Shown here: piece by piece, positions 34,718-47,665 of the stretch
Layout of the letters: every line of letters starts with the position of its first letter
Numbering within the stretch: the stretch's first letter is position 1
NCBI GenBank assembly: GCA_001662655.1
Contig: KV460206.1
Source of the DNA: Pseudogymnoascus verrucosus
Lineage: Eukaryota
Reading direction: 5' to 3' (one strand)
Length of the DNA: 64,000 bases
Notes under the pieces: generated by a model
The model's database searches: none
What the model saw: only the letters and a program-made list of their open reading frames with translations
What the model was told of the DNA's origin: nothing
Program-made: the position numbers and the translations under genes

Positions 34718-35211
34718 GGCACAAGCAGAGTACATATCAACCCCTTCAAATGGAGAGCGATGGAATGGTGGTTTGACTCTACTATGAAGCTCCTGACATG
34801 ACTCTCCTACCTCCTACACTGAAGGAAACCAAAAACAACCTCAATGCTTCGTTAAACTCCTTCAAGTCACATCCACAGTCACAGCAGCACCCACGATAAG
34901 TTTCGGTTTTCTCGTTCGCTACCGCTTGGCACGACCACTTTCGTTCATGCCACATCGTCGCATTTTAATCATCTAGGCTAAGGGGGGTTTGTGGAGGAAT
35001 TGCGTATATAAAGCTGGACTGCTTCTGCTTAAATGTACTCCAAGTCGGCAAAGTGATAAAAGTCCAAAGCAGACTCTAATATCCACACCATCCTCAGCTA
35101 GTCCGCGTCCATCTACGCGCAATCCACGTCGCCAAAGTGAGAAAATTCCAGGCTAGACACCAACCTCCACACCACCTCCACAATTAGTACAGTCCAACAC
35201 CCAGCGCCAAT

Positions 35212-35660
35212 ATGAGACTGCTCTACCTCGCAACCCTAGCGACTCTGCTCGCTCAATCCATCTTCGCAGCCCCAGCTCCAGCCCCAGCGCTCTACGGCCG
35301 CCCTATCGAAGCAAGAACCCTCAACATCCTCGAAACAACCACCAAACACCGCCTCTCCATCCCCATCATCGATGGGACAAACCCCAAATACAAATATGCC
35401 GTATAACCCACCATCCAAACCATGGAAGTCTATTTTCTCTGCCCCCAGCTTCCTCCCGGCCAACAATATCTACAAGTTCTCGACGCAGGCTAATAAAGTG
35501 TAGTTCTACAGCATCGTCGAAACCTTCCACGATGTCTCGGGATGGGATATTAAGGGTACGATTCATCAGATGTGCGTTGCTATGACGAATCAGGGGATAT
35601 TTTGGATAAGGCGGGAAAGACAGCGGCTGTTAATAATGTAGAGATGGAAGGGTCGTGCGG
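35212..35660 (+). pseudogene. Small secreted protein gene, apparently disrupted
   Basis: Clear signal peptide MRLLYLATLATLLAQSIFAAP and an upstream TATATAAA. There is an early stop at 64 aa, and coding-like sequence continues in another frame with stops. Confidence 0.4.
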
Positions 35661-35759
35661 GGGAGGGAACTGGGAGTGAGTGTGGGGAGAGGGGAGGGCG
35701 AGAATAGGGGTGTAATGGGATAAAGTTTATACCTTACCAAGGAACCTATCTTTCAAATA

Positions 35760-36130
35760 AGGGTAGATAGTAGAACGGAAGTGGAGCGGTGTTTTCGTTT
35801 CATTGGTTATGGTATGGGTTACTTTTTGTCTTACTATAAATTTATAATTTACAGTAAGAGTATAGTTATAATTTAAAAAATGGTATTCTATGCGACGGCA
35901 AGCACAGCGCAGTTTTCAGCTTCCTGGCTCGCCTCGGTTTTGCGCCTCTACTTTGGGTTTAGCGGTGTCCAGTTCTACTATAGTTTAATGTATGCTAAGT
36001 TTAGTATAAGGCTGTAATAGTGTTAATTATAAAGCTGTCAATCTTAAATAAGCCTTCTTTAGGAAATGTAATTATTATTTTAAATTAAGACTTTTCATAG
36101 TCTAAAGAGATGCTACTAGAGATGGCATTT
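35760..36130. mobile_element. AT/TpA-rich RIP-degraded relic, origin unidentified
   Basis: Abrupt AT- and TpA-rich tract with no open frame or recognisable termini. Confidence 0.3.
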
Positions 36131-36168
36131 AGATTTGCCTCCTAAGGCCTCGAAGTTTCTAGGTCATG

Positions 36169-38230
36169 TTACCTATTCTTTAAGATCTCTGGCGCCACAA
36201 CCTCGATTAGTCTTTCCAAGATAAATAACATATCTAAGACTTGCATAGATTCATCCTTCCAAAAGCTTAGCATGTCCACCACCTTGAGAATCGCCTCCTC
36301 CCATCCCTCTGGCAATGTCGGCACAAGTTCTGGACACCTCGCAGCCGCCAGCAGGACAAGCGCACTCCTTGTGCATGACCGCAGCATAAGCCATGTTCCG
36401 TGGTGCCGGTGGTAAAAACCCTCTTCATTGATCTGCACGCGCTGCACACAAACTAGTAACCCCTTGCGAACGAAGAGCTCCGTAGAGCTGCCGCACTGAC
36501 GCCTATGCACGGTGTCAACGATAGCTTGCCAGTACATCATCTCCTTGCAGTCGAGGAGATGGCCGTGGAGGATAAAGCAAAGGGCTGCGTATTTCTTGTG
36601 CTCAGGATTCACGGTCTCGATAGAGAGTGCTGTGGGGAGAGATTGGAGCCTGTAGAATGATAAAGGGGTGAGTTGGAGTGCAGCAAATGTAGAGGTGTGG
36701 AGGAAGCTTACCAGCTGTCAGCCTGGCTTTCGAAGTCGAGAATGGCATTGTTGTTAGAGTCGGAATCAATGGATGAATAGTAGCAGTAGACGTAATTTAA
36801 AATCCGATTACCCAGTCTCCGCAGTGCAATTTCAGCAAGGTAAAAGTACCATACTACTTCGTCTTGAGACTTTAATCCTTCGGGGGGGGTAGGAAAGAGG
36901 GCAGGGTAGGTTAGGTCCCATACTCTATTCTCGAACATATTAAGCTCTCGTCGAAGCTCTCTATTGCAGATGTTATTAGCCGACATTGCACTTTTGAGTT
37001 GTAATCAATGCTCTTACAGTTCAGACTTAAAGCATGTCCAATAAATGGTCTGCTCTAGTCGGGAATTGTCGTCGGTTCGAGCGTTAGGTATGGCGAGATT
37101 AGAGGAGAAGGTTTGACAACATGCAAGAGCCTGAACGAATATCTTCCAGGCCTCAATTGGTCTCAAGGTCGCCATTAGATAGACGCCAGCAAGAAAAAAG
37201 CATTGCGCTTCGATGACTCCGCTCCCACATAACAGCAAACCCATTCTATTCTGAGCAGCAACGAAGAAAGACTCTGCTTGACGGAACTCGGTTGACTGGC
37301 GAAAGCCATAAGACATCATTCTGGGCGACTTCTCGTACGGATTCGCAATAGAACCAAGAGCATATATTAAAAGCTAACCATGTGAGTTCAATTGCCCGGC
37401 TGAAATAATTGGTGGTTTAGTTACCATGAGACAAGACTGTGCATCCCGCCTAAGCCCGTTGAGGCTTGTTGCTAACATATACTCTCTCACTATCGTTTCT
37501 TCTAGAATGGGATTAAAAATGTGCACATTGTCCAAGAATTTCTGCAACAGCTGCCGAGCAGTATGGAGTCCGAAATCTGCTGGGATGGGCAAAATTGGTA
37601 GAGTCGCATGGCTCTTGTCTGATCGAAGGAGAGATCTCAAATTCGGCCGCTCAGTGAAATCTAGATCCACAAAGACCGACCAGCTAAGAACTGTTTCTAT
37701 GTGGATGTAAGATGGTCTCCAATCCGCAGGCCTCTCCAACGACAAAGGCTGCGCAGCTATTGGGGTTGACAATGAGAGGAAGCCTTGACCTTGACTTGCA
37801 TCCTGGTCTAGAACTATAGAAGTAGTGCTTTTGGCCCGCAGAAGCTCGTCCAGATCATCCAGCCGCTGGAGGATGGCCAGGCTTGCCAGATCAAAGCTGT
37901 ACCCGGAGTCAAAATAGGTACCCCGTAAGATTCAATCGTAAATACATACGTGGAGCGATCATTTTCCTGATAGTTACACTCTGTCCCCAAGCTCGCACAC
38001 TTACTGCACGCCGGCCTCGAATTATCACACTTGGTTCTTTTAATGCGGCAAATAGTGCAGGCCTGTATAGCGCGTTTCCGGGGATACGCGTGCTGGCGCT
38101 TTCCCGGCTTCTTTGCAACCACAGCAGTAGCAGAGGCGGTGGGGCTGCTGACGTGTTGAGAGTCGGATAGACTCCCATTGACCGAGGATTTCCCTGCATT
38201 GTTTAGGTAGACAATATATTCCATCTCCAT
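36169..38230 (-). CDS. Zn2Cys6 transcription factor (4 introns)
   Basis: Zinc cluster RKRAIQACTICRIKRTKCDNSRPACSKCASLGTECNY. The exons splice in frame through FLDNVHIFNPILE, EAQCFFLAGVYLM, IYWTCFKSE, WYFYLAEIALRRL and HRHHGTWLMLRSC. Confidence 0.88.
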
Positions 38231-39454
38231 AGTTTCGGTTTCGGTTTTGGTATCGGTATCGGTATGTGACAGTTAGCGCAAGCGCTGCGTGTCGCTATCC
38301 GATATACTGCGGACCTGTGGTATTAATGCAGAACAGTATTGCCAATAATTTCAACGTGGCTGGCTGTCCATGGGAGAGTGCATGGGAGAGCTGTCTTAGA
38401 TATACTTCGCGGAGTCGCGGAGAAAACAGTGATGGTACTTCACAGGGCCACTGTGGCATATTTTACGGGATCCTTTTTGCGCCACACCTCGAACACAGAC
38501 CCCTATTTGGGTAAGATCTAAAGTAGGTTTCTAACCTTAGCAAAGACTCCACAGTATGGGGTTCCAGGTTTCCCCAGGTTTAATCTCGCTTCGCAGTAAC
38601 GTCTTACCTGTGCCGTTCCGGTTACCGCTAGCCCTAAGAAGTGCTATTGCTTCAAGCTTTTCTCACTGCGGAGTCTCGGGGGTTGGAAAATTTCTCAGCC
38701 CGCATCTGTGGGTGACCTTAGTGGTGGCCAAAGTGGGTGGCCTTTTCATGCGGGGAAGCTCTCTGCCCGTCCATAACTAGCTGTTTCAGGAACTCAGGAA
38801 ACAGCTTTGGGGACTTAATTTATGTGGCCTGGGAACAAACTCCCTTATTCCGTTCTTTATGTAGCCGCGATTACTGTCTAATATTTACTTTTATAAATCT
38901 ATTACATGAATCCAGCATGAGCAACCATCGTCGTGATTCTTGTCTATGAATCAAGCATTAACGTCATGTCATATCTGGCATGTGTAACTGGCATTGTAGC
39001 TGTTTTCAGTAACGTTATAAAGAATAGCTTGACGGCATCGGCATCAGTAGTAGCCATAGTACCCTAGAATAACTACAAACAAGTAGGTTCGCGCTCAGAA
39101 ACCTCACAGGGCAACAGTCCAAGTGCAGCAGTCCCAGTGCCACCCCAGACCCAAGATCCAATACCCTAGACCCAATAGCATATACCCCATACCCCATCGC
39201 TAAATCCACAATCCAAAAAGTCTAAAATCGCTCCGTCTAAACGCCTGGTGTATCTCTGTATCCCCTCGCAAAAAAAATATCCAAGGGTGTCCTGTCCCAC
39301 ATCTAAAGTTCCGATCCGAGTTCCTATTATATACCCATGCAGTTGAAGCTGCCGCGGGTGGCGCGGCTGTTGTATTCCGCAGCGCAGAGACGGCCTTCCC
39401 CGCCTCTGTATTCACGAGCAAAAGTAAGCGTTGAGCTAGCCCCCATCTATCTCC

Positions 39455-41136
39455 TCACAAATCAAAGAACCAATCGTCATCCCCCACCTTCAAACCCTGC
39501 ATACTCTCCGTCCTCGCCCCCCCCTCCTTCGTCACCTCCTCTTGCGGGCGCTCCGCCATATCCCGCTCCCGATACCTCTCCAAATCCTCGCCCTCAAGGA
39601 TCTGAGGGTTAAAACTAAACGCGCCGCGCGGGATAAACGACGAGAGGAAGACCATACACGCAATAACCGTAAACTGCACCCCCCCAACATGGAAGACGGC
39701 AGAATGCACGTCTCCGTTGTTTGCGGCTGAGACGCGGTCGACGTACGAACCCAGGATGGGCGAGGCAATGCTGTAGGTGATGATGTATGTGGAGTACAGG
39801 AAAGCCATGACAGTGACCAGCGCGCCGACGTCTTTACGTTCGTGTTCCTGCCCGTGAAGCAAAGCTTGCACGTAAGCGGATAGGGAGATATCGCCCGCGG
39901 CCCAGCCAAAGGACATGGGCATCATCGTGGCGGCGACGACCCAGGCCTGGCTGACGTTGTTGTAGGAGGGGTGCCAGAAGGCGAGGTACCAGATGATGAG
40001 GAGGCCGAGGGCGTCGAAGCGGAGCCAGGGCATGGGAGTCGTTACTAGGTTTGTGAAGAGGAAGACGAATAGCGCGCCGGTAAGCTCGCCGAAATTCGAT
40101 CCGCCGACCATTATCTGCGCCCATGCCGAGTTGCCCATGTACCGCTGCGCGACGATGGGCGCGATGTTGTTCTCGAGGTAGCGGTGCGCGTAGAGGGCGA
40201 GGGAGTAGGAGGGGAGTAGCCAGATGAACTTGCGAGAGGTGAAGAGGATGCGCCCGCCGTTGTAGATGGAGGCGAAGAAGAGCTGTGTGGATTGCGCGAG
40301 TAGGGATAGGTAGGAGGGCGAGAGGGCGTTGCGCTGTCTAGGTAGCGTGATGGGGTGCTCGGCCGTGGAGACGAACCACCAGATCATGGCGGCGGCAGCG
40401 AAGCAGAAGGGGGAGACGATGATGGCCATGTTGTTGCCGAGGTTAGGGATGAGGAGGAGCGCGGTGATGAAGGCGCCAGCGGTGCCGGTGGTTTCATAGA
40501 AGATGTGCACGATGGCGTCAAGGCGGCGAAGTTTTTGAACTGGGAGGGAGATTAGTTGGGGAGTAGAGGGGGGAGTGAAGAAGCGGGCTAACCGTCGGAG
40601 CGGACAATGTCCCGTGGGATGACGCGGCGGATGAGCTCGACCATGCCGTAGACGATGCCCGTGACGGCGTAGACTGGGATCATGCCATCGGTGTTATACT
40701 TCCCATAATAGGAGAAGTCAGTTAGGCTGGCACCTGCGGGTTTGAAGGTGCCCCCTGTCGCAGCATCGACGATGAGGATGAGGGTGGTGAATAAGGCGAA
40801 TACGAGCATTGCGACGGAGAGGACAATACGAGTCTCCCAGCGCTTAACGAGGGGCGCGACGAGAATGGCGCCGAACGCCTGGGCTGCCTGGTTGACGCCT
40901 TGGAGCAGGCCGATGCGGCCGAAGGTGATGGGGGCATAGCCGCCTATACGGGCGGCGTAGTCGTAGCGGTTGGTGGCGAGAGAGATGAAGGAGCCAACGA
41001 AGACCTCGAGGCCGAACTTGTACACCATGATGCCGGCGATGTAGATCATCATGTTCTCCTTTTCTCTCTTGGAGAAGAGGTGCCAAGTGGCGAAGACGTT
41101 ACCGCTCTTGGGGTCCAGAACGCGGGCGGGATACAT
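39455..41136 (-). CDS. MFS-like multi-pass membrane transporter, substrate unknown (1 intron)
   Basis: Exon 1 MYPARVLDPK..IYIAGIMVYKFGLE..YGMVELIRRVIPRDIVRSD splices to VQKLRRLDAIVHIFYETTGTAGAF. About 12 hydrophobic segments. Confidence 0.75.
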
Positions 41137-42722
41137 GGTTGCGGTGGTGGGATGGATGGATGCCGGTGGCCGGAAGGCGATGACGATGGGAGACGTGAAG
41201 GATGAGGAAGATGGAAGTGCGGTCACTCGCTCACTGCCTAGGCTTCTCTATCTCACGACGAGAGGGCGATGGTGATGCTGAACGTCGACAGCCATGACCA
41301 TAGATCATCGACGGTGGACCCGGCGAGACGGGCCTTATATGTAATGTAGGGAGACTAGCAAGCAGCGACGGCGTGCGCTCCCCGGGACATGGCGCATGTA
41401 GGGCGAAAAGAAAAGAAAGCGATGAAAGAGGGGCGTCTCATGTTTGAGCTCCATTCATACAGTCGACACGGTGGTCGAGATGGCGAGTACCTATGTATCT
41501 TCTGCACCTAAGTCTCTGCAGCAGGTACTTGCCTTACTGCAGCTACGGCGGAAGGTACGATGGGAGGCCATTCGCGACGGCGCGCGGGTGAGGTGGGTTG
41601 GCTTTGGACATTGTGTGGTGGGTGCTGATTTCGCAAGGTGAACGACTGACATTAACGGTGGTGGATGGGCAGGGACACCAGGTTGAGGGTTGAGTGACGC
41701 GGGAGGACCAAGGGTTGTTCGACGAACTAGGGCTCGGCGGCCCAGTAGATTCAGCGGAAGGGGGAACGTGGGATGTTGACGACCATCGACGATGTCAGCG
41801 ACGATCAACGACGTAACGACGCGGGCGGGCTAGAGCTTGGATAAGGAGCTCGCCGGGTCGGAGGGTGGATGGGGTGGGCGGGCCAAGTCGGCGATCCGGA
41901 TCGATGCGGATCAACCACCCCACGTTCCGTGCCCCTGAAACCCACGTGGTTGAGGTTCGACGATTGCTTGGCACACGAACTTGCGCCTTCATTCAAGGGG
42001 TCCATGTCAACGGTCTTGGATGGTCTTGGATGGTCTTGGATGGTCGTGGATGGCCCTGGATGGCACGCTGTTGCTATACGATGGTGCGGTTTAGTGCGGG
42101 CTGCGATGGAAAGTCCCCGGAGGTAGCGCCGTAGGCTCGTCCTGGGGTTTTTTGCTCCTGGATTTATGACTGCTTCGAGCTGAAAGCCTTCAGCCGAATG
42201 GATGATCTTAGAGTACATAAAAAATTGTGTTGAAGAGCAGCAACAGATCTTATCGAACAATTCATGTGTCTAGGGCTGTAGAAAAACTGCGATTGAATCT
42301 GTTCAAGTACTTGCTGGTCACAATTGGTGGACACGCATGCCTCGGCAGTTGTAATAGAAAGCAAACCCGGTTTTAAGCACTGAATGAATGTATATGTAGT
42401 TAAGAATATAGTAGTGGAGTTTTTACATGAATATATATTCTGGTCATGACTTGCGCCTAAGACTTGTAGGCTCAACGTGGCCAAGTTGGCATTAAAAAAG
42501 TTGTATTTATTCTCGACTATCCCTCTCATTAACCTTTGTACTAACCCTATAATATATTCTACCCTACCCTAAGACTCAATCATAATTATTCTAGCGTACA
42601 GACTCCACTCCGTTCTTTGTGTAGATCATCAACTGCCTAGCCAGGCCCCATCAATCCCATAAGTAGTAAACCCGTCGGGACTTATTACCTCGCCGTATGA
42701 AATAAAGGCAAGTTCCAATTTC

Positions 42723-43656
42723 TTAACATTCCTCCACAGGACTAACCAGCGCATCCTTTTCGTATTTCAACCGCTGTTCCTTCCCCATCTTGTAAAAAAT
42801 CCACGCCCCCCAGAGTTGGGCCGCCGAGAAAAGTATATGCAGAATCGGCGTCGCGATTTTGAGCGATAGCGTCCATTTCTCCCAAAGGCTTCCAAACAAC
42901 CACATGACAACCACTGTTTCGACTGTGGTTCCGACGAGCTCGAGGGCCATGGTCATGTATAGGATTCGGGATAGCAGAAGGTGGTTGGAGTTGTGGATGC
43001 GGTAGATGATCATAGCGATATGAGGCCAGAGTTCGGCGAATACGTCAAAGGCTCCTGTAATAACGATGTTAGACATTTGCGTATTATGATGTTCGAAGAA
43101 TGACAGGGCAGGGATGTGACGTACCCCAGACGAAACAAATGAGAAACTCGAACACCGCATCGCTTTCATGATCGAAATTGATACTCATCGCCACAGCTGC
43201 CTGCGCAATAACAATCGCGCCAACATGATGGGCGCAACTGATCGGAGAGACCTTGTCACGGTAGAAGAGCTCGAAGATATACATGGCGGTGAAGATCTGA
43301 GAAGAGACGACCATGACATCTCCGAGGGTCGTTGACGACCCCTTGGCGAAATGCGTGTGCGGTGTTGCATGGCCGGTGAAAATCGCGAGTAAGGGGTAGG
43401 CCGTTATAAAGAGGAGGACGATTTTGGTGCCTGCGGCAACGTGGTGGTTAACGAAGCTGCGACGTTGGCCGTCGGTGAGAGACTGGAGGAGTTTGGGTGA
43501 GTAGGCTTTGGGGATGATGACAAGGTCGAGGAGGTAGAGGCGGATGATGGCGATGACACAAGCGGTTATTGTTAGGATGAGGCCTGAGAAAGGTGCAATG
43601 GTGGAGATGAGTTGATTGATGATCTCGCTGAAATGAAAGGCGCCGTGGTGGTGCAT
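42723..43656 (-). CDS. Multi-pass membrane protein, TLC-domain-like (1 intron)
   Basis: RRSFVNHHV, AMYIFELFYRDKVSPISCAHHVG, ICFVW|GAFDVFAELWPH and LHILFSAAQLWGA, with several TM segments. Confidence 0.6.
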
Positions 43657-45864
43657 ATTTAGAGAGCGGTACGGCCAGAAGGCCTGAGTTATGAGAGGAA
43701 AAGAGAGGAGCGATCGGGGTCATGAGTTGCTGATGCCTAGAGTCCTCGTATTACCTATAATCAGGAAGTTTCTGCGCTTCAGCATAAATGGAAGGTAGCA
43801 GAGGCATGTGCAACGAAAAGACAATAAGAAATAAACCAAAGAAAGTCGAAAGGAATGTGTTCCCAAGAAAGATGGGAAGAACTTAAAGCGAAAAATCCAG
43901 GTAGAAGTCGAGCGGCACCCCATCGTAGTATATGGGTATATACATATATAGTATAGTACAGTATAGGTAGGTCCTGGGGCGGCTATACGAAAGAAAAGCC
44001 TCATCTCCACAAACGTGGGTCCAGCCTCGTCCGTCGGGCACCTTTCGAGTGTGGAGGTGAAGCGCTGCCCCAATAACTGACGGCAGGAAGGTTTCCAACT
44101 TGATCAGCCGCACCACTGTATTCGAGGCTTCATCAGCCGTTAGACCTCCATGAAAATTACATTGAAGGAGGAACCCCCCCACCCCCCCCCAAAAAAAAAG
44201 GAGATATATGCACAATAGGCACAATAGCAAACGGGGAGTACACTACTGTAATTCCAAACGTTTTGACGTTGAGAGGGGGAGAAAAAAACGATAGCCAGAT
44301 TGCTGCCACTAACGTGCGCTGCGCCCTGGCACCCTTAGCGTCTCACACGACTCACTCAACATCGGACATCCCTGTAGTCTGGAATAGTCAGCCCGTGTTT
44401 GGTCCGTAGTCGGCAATTGTCAGCCCGTGTTTGGGGATATATTTTTGTCGCACACTCTACTCGCACACTCTACTCGCTGGACTGTGATGGTGAAATAAGA
44501 AATCCAAACGAGCAAAGAGGGAATCCGACTTTACAACCAACTATGACTGTCTTGCAAGAATTCGCGATCTTCAAACTTTTGTTCAAGCTTTTAGCCAAGC
44601 TTTCTGATCACTTTCTGGGGTAGCACACACTAGAACGTACTATGCTAGTTATGTACTAGTTCGTATCTTGTGTGGATGAAAGGGTCCTAGAGTACGCGGC
44701 CCCCAGGAACCAGCAGCGTATACTACCTATTAGGGAGATATTTTCGTCCACCCGAGATCCTACGTATCAAGGGTGGCCCACCGATACGAGAATTCATTCA
44801 CAGCAATTATGAGTGGTTGAAGTTAAATTGACAGAGACGCAGTCGGGAAAAGCTGAGTTCAAGAATTGGACAAGGCAGATAGAATGAGATTTGGAGAGAA
44901 GCAAGCGAGGTCATTCCCGTTAGACGCCGACCTTGCGGAGGAACAGGTCGAGGACAGACAACCCATTCCCTTTTTCAATAGGATTGTAGCGTGTTGTGCT
45001 AGGCCTGCGTACAGACCGCTCCCCGTGATTGATGCTAGATGAGACGGCCGTGGATAGGATGACTGTGCCTGTGTCTGTGCCTGTCCCTAAGGCTGCACAG
45101 CCGAGATCCTGCTGACTGTTCGGCGAACCTTGTCACAGCCGTACATTACATTACGTACAGTACAGTTTGTAAGGTATCGCAGATCTCATGGTACGTGCGT
45201 AATTTGAGCGATTTAGCAAGGGGACTGTCACGATCTTAGCGCGAAACAATTACGAATATGGCAACGCTTCGGAATTGCCAAGCCCCTATTCGGGCCCCTA
45301 ATGCTTAATTCATAGGACACGTTCTTGGCGTGCAGTAACAGTTTGACGTTCTGTACCCGTTTGAACTAATCCTTGGAATGCAGAATCACGATCTAATAGC
45401 TGACTCATGAGCTACGGCATCGCGTTCCGTCTAAGAACTTGATGATGATGATCGAGAACCGCTCTCTTGCTAGTGTAATATGAGGAAATTTCCGATGGGT
45501 TCCTCCGATATCCGATAAGTTAAATTGAGCGTGGCTGTGCTAAAATGTCATTGTCCAGGGATCTCTGGTTGGCTAGGTGTCGAATCGGCTTGTGATGCAA
45601 ATAATACGTGGCAGCCACTGAAACCTTTGCGTCTACGCGCGCGCTCAATTTCGAAACATTCTGGCCCCCTGAAAATGTGACAGGGCGCCAAGCCAATCGC
45701 AGATGCATCTTAGATCTTGGAACACATGGAGAACTGCAGCATCACGGACACCTAGATCAGAATCTTGTATGATCAGAGTCTTATATAAAACTATAAGGAC
45801 ATCATAGTAGAAATGTTCGTGCAGATATGTCGTGCAATCATCAATTTACTTCCTTTTTCTATCC

Positions 45865-47432
45865 ATGATATTGCATTGCACGATGCTTCCTGGCATATTC
45901 CCAGCATTGGCCTTGATATTGGGCAAGTTCTTTCCTATCAAGTCGGACGGCCTAGATAACAACTCGCCGCTAATTGAAATGTACAGCCCTGTCCACCACT
46001 CCCGTTCGATCAGATACTCCTGCAGCCTCAACAGTGTATATTGAAGAAACCCAAACGACCTTCTCCATCAACCTCCCAGACAATTCCACCGATGTATACT
46101 TTTACTTCTCATCTCCTGCTTATTCCTGGGTCGCCATTGGGGCTGGCTCTGATATGGCTGGGTCCTTGATGATGATAATGTACTCTGCTTCGGGCAATCA
46201 ACGTAAGTTAAATACTCGATCTCCGTTGCTATTATGAGTCCTTTATAACGAGCTTTCTATAGATGTTACAATCAGTCCGCGTATTGCAACGTGAGGCACT
46301 CCAGATACTCTATAGACAAGCGGTCATTAATAACAATTCACAGAGGCAATTCTGAGCCGACATTTACAACGGATGTTCAAGTCGAGGTTCTTGACGGGTC
46401 TTCCATCCAAAATGATTTTTTCGTCATGAATGCGTTGTGCCGTGGCTGCCGATCATGGAATGGGGGTTCCCTTAACCTCAGCACGACTGCACAGCCATTC
46501 ATATATGCTGTCGGGCCGAATGGTGTTCCAATATCATCAGACTCACAGACTGCCGGGCTACGCCGACACGATTCATTTGGTAGATTCTCCACGCAGGCCC
46601 GTTAAGCTATAGCTAACGTAGAGTCAGGTCACTTCACAATGAATATGGTCCAAGCAACTGGCCCTGGCGGAGTTCCACTGGCCTCAAACATCACAAATGG
46701 CGCTACACTTCTTGGATCGCTAGTGAAAGACGGGGACAAGGCATCTAAAGCTCACGGCTTTCTGATGGCCCTCGTGGCATTGGTGATAATTCCTTTCGAT
46801 GTGATAATTATTGGACTTTTCAAGTGGCCACTGCTGCATGCCTTCACCGGAAGCTTTGTACTATTCCTTGTCCTTACTGCAATGGGCCTAGGAATTTATG
46901 TGAGCACAGAGTATAATAGGGTACGTAGACTTCTTTGAGTCTATGCATAATACTACTGACTAGAACGCGTCAACAGTCTAACCATTTCGACTCTGCTCAC
47001 CAAGTCATCGGATTCCTATCCGTCGGAGGGCTCCTCGTCCTTGCTTCGATTGGAATTTATCTCCGCCGCATGCAGAAAACAGCAGATAAGTCAGACCAGG
47101 CAGGGCCGAAGAACTCTAAGTTCACCTCTATTCATACTTGGGGGGCAAGGTGCATTTGGCTCCTGCTTATCATTAACAACGGCCTGTGAGTATAAAAGGG
47201 CTCCTAAAAACCAAAACTTTCGGATATTGCGTATACTAATCAACCGTTTGTTCATCCTAGTGGAATGCAATTTGCTGGCACGGACCGTATTATTGTTATC
47301 GTATACAGCCTACTCGCCGTCGCGATGGCCCTTCCGATGCTTTTAATTTATTTCTGCATCTTCCGGCGGTCTAGAAAGAGGAAAGAAGAGGAGTACAATG
47401 CCAATGGCGGTTTCCAACTATCTGATTTATGA
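45865..47432 (+). CDS. DOMON (CDH-cytochrome-like) + cytochrome b561 membrane protein
   Basis: The signal peptide joins via a GC-AG intron (45923-45986). DOMON motifs SWVAIGAGSDMAGSLM, VTISPRI, CRGCRSW and LRRHDSFG are followed by b561 His motifs AHGFLM, LHA, SAHQVIG and IHTWGAR. Confidence 0.8.
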
Positions 47433-47665
47433 GGTCACTCTAAAACATGATGGGATATGTTTGGCTCCCGCGTTCAAGAAACATTATTTCTGCTTTGGAT
47501 CATAAAGAGTATTCTCATTTGGAACTATATTCAATTATATAAACTTAATCGCCCACGGCCCTTGCAAATCTCACGATGATGCCGCCCATTTATTACAAAT
47601 AATACACTCCGAGTGAGACCTCAAATCTTCAATGTGGGCCTGCCACCCATAAAAGATTACATTTC

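Noticed and set aside
42012..42053. (GGTCTTGGAT)n microsatellite; similar short duplications at ~32100-32170, ~44385-44475 and ~49505-49665
   Set aside because: These look like ordinary slippage repeats with no supporting context.
42540..42575. Telomere-like CTAACCCTA..CTACCCTACCCTAA (also TAGGGTTAGG at ~59229)
   Set aside because: Too short and degenerate to indicate an interstitial telomere or a template.
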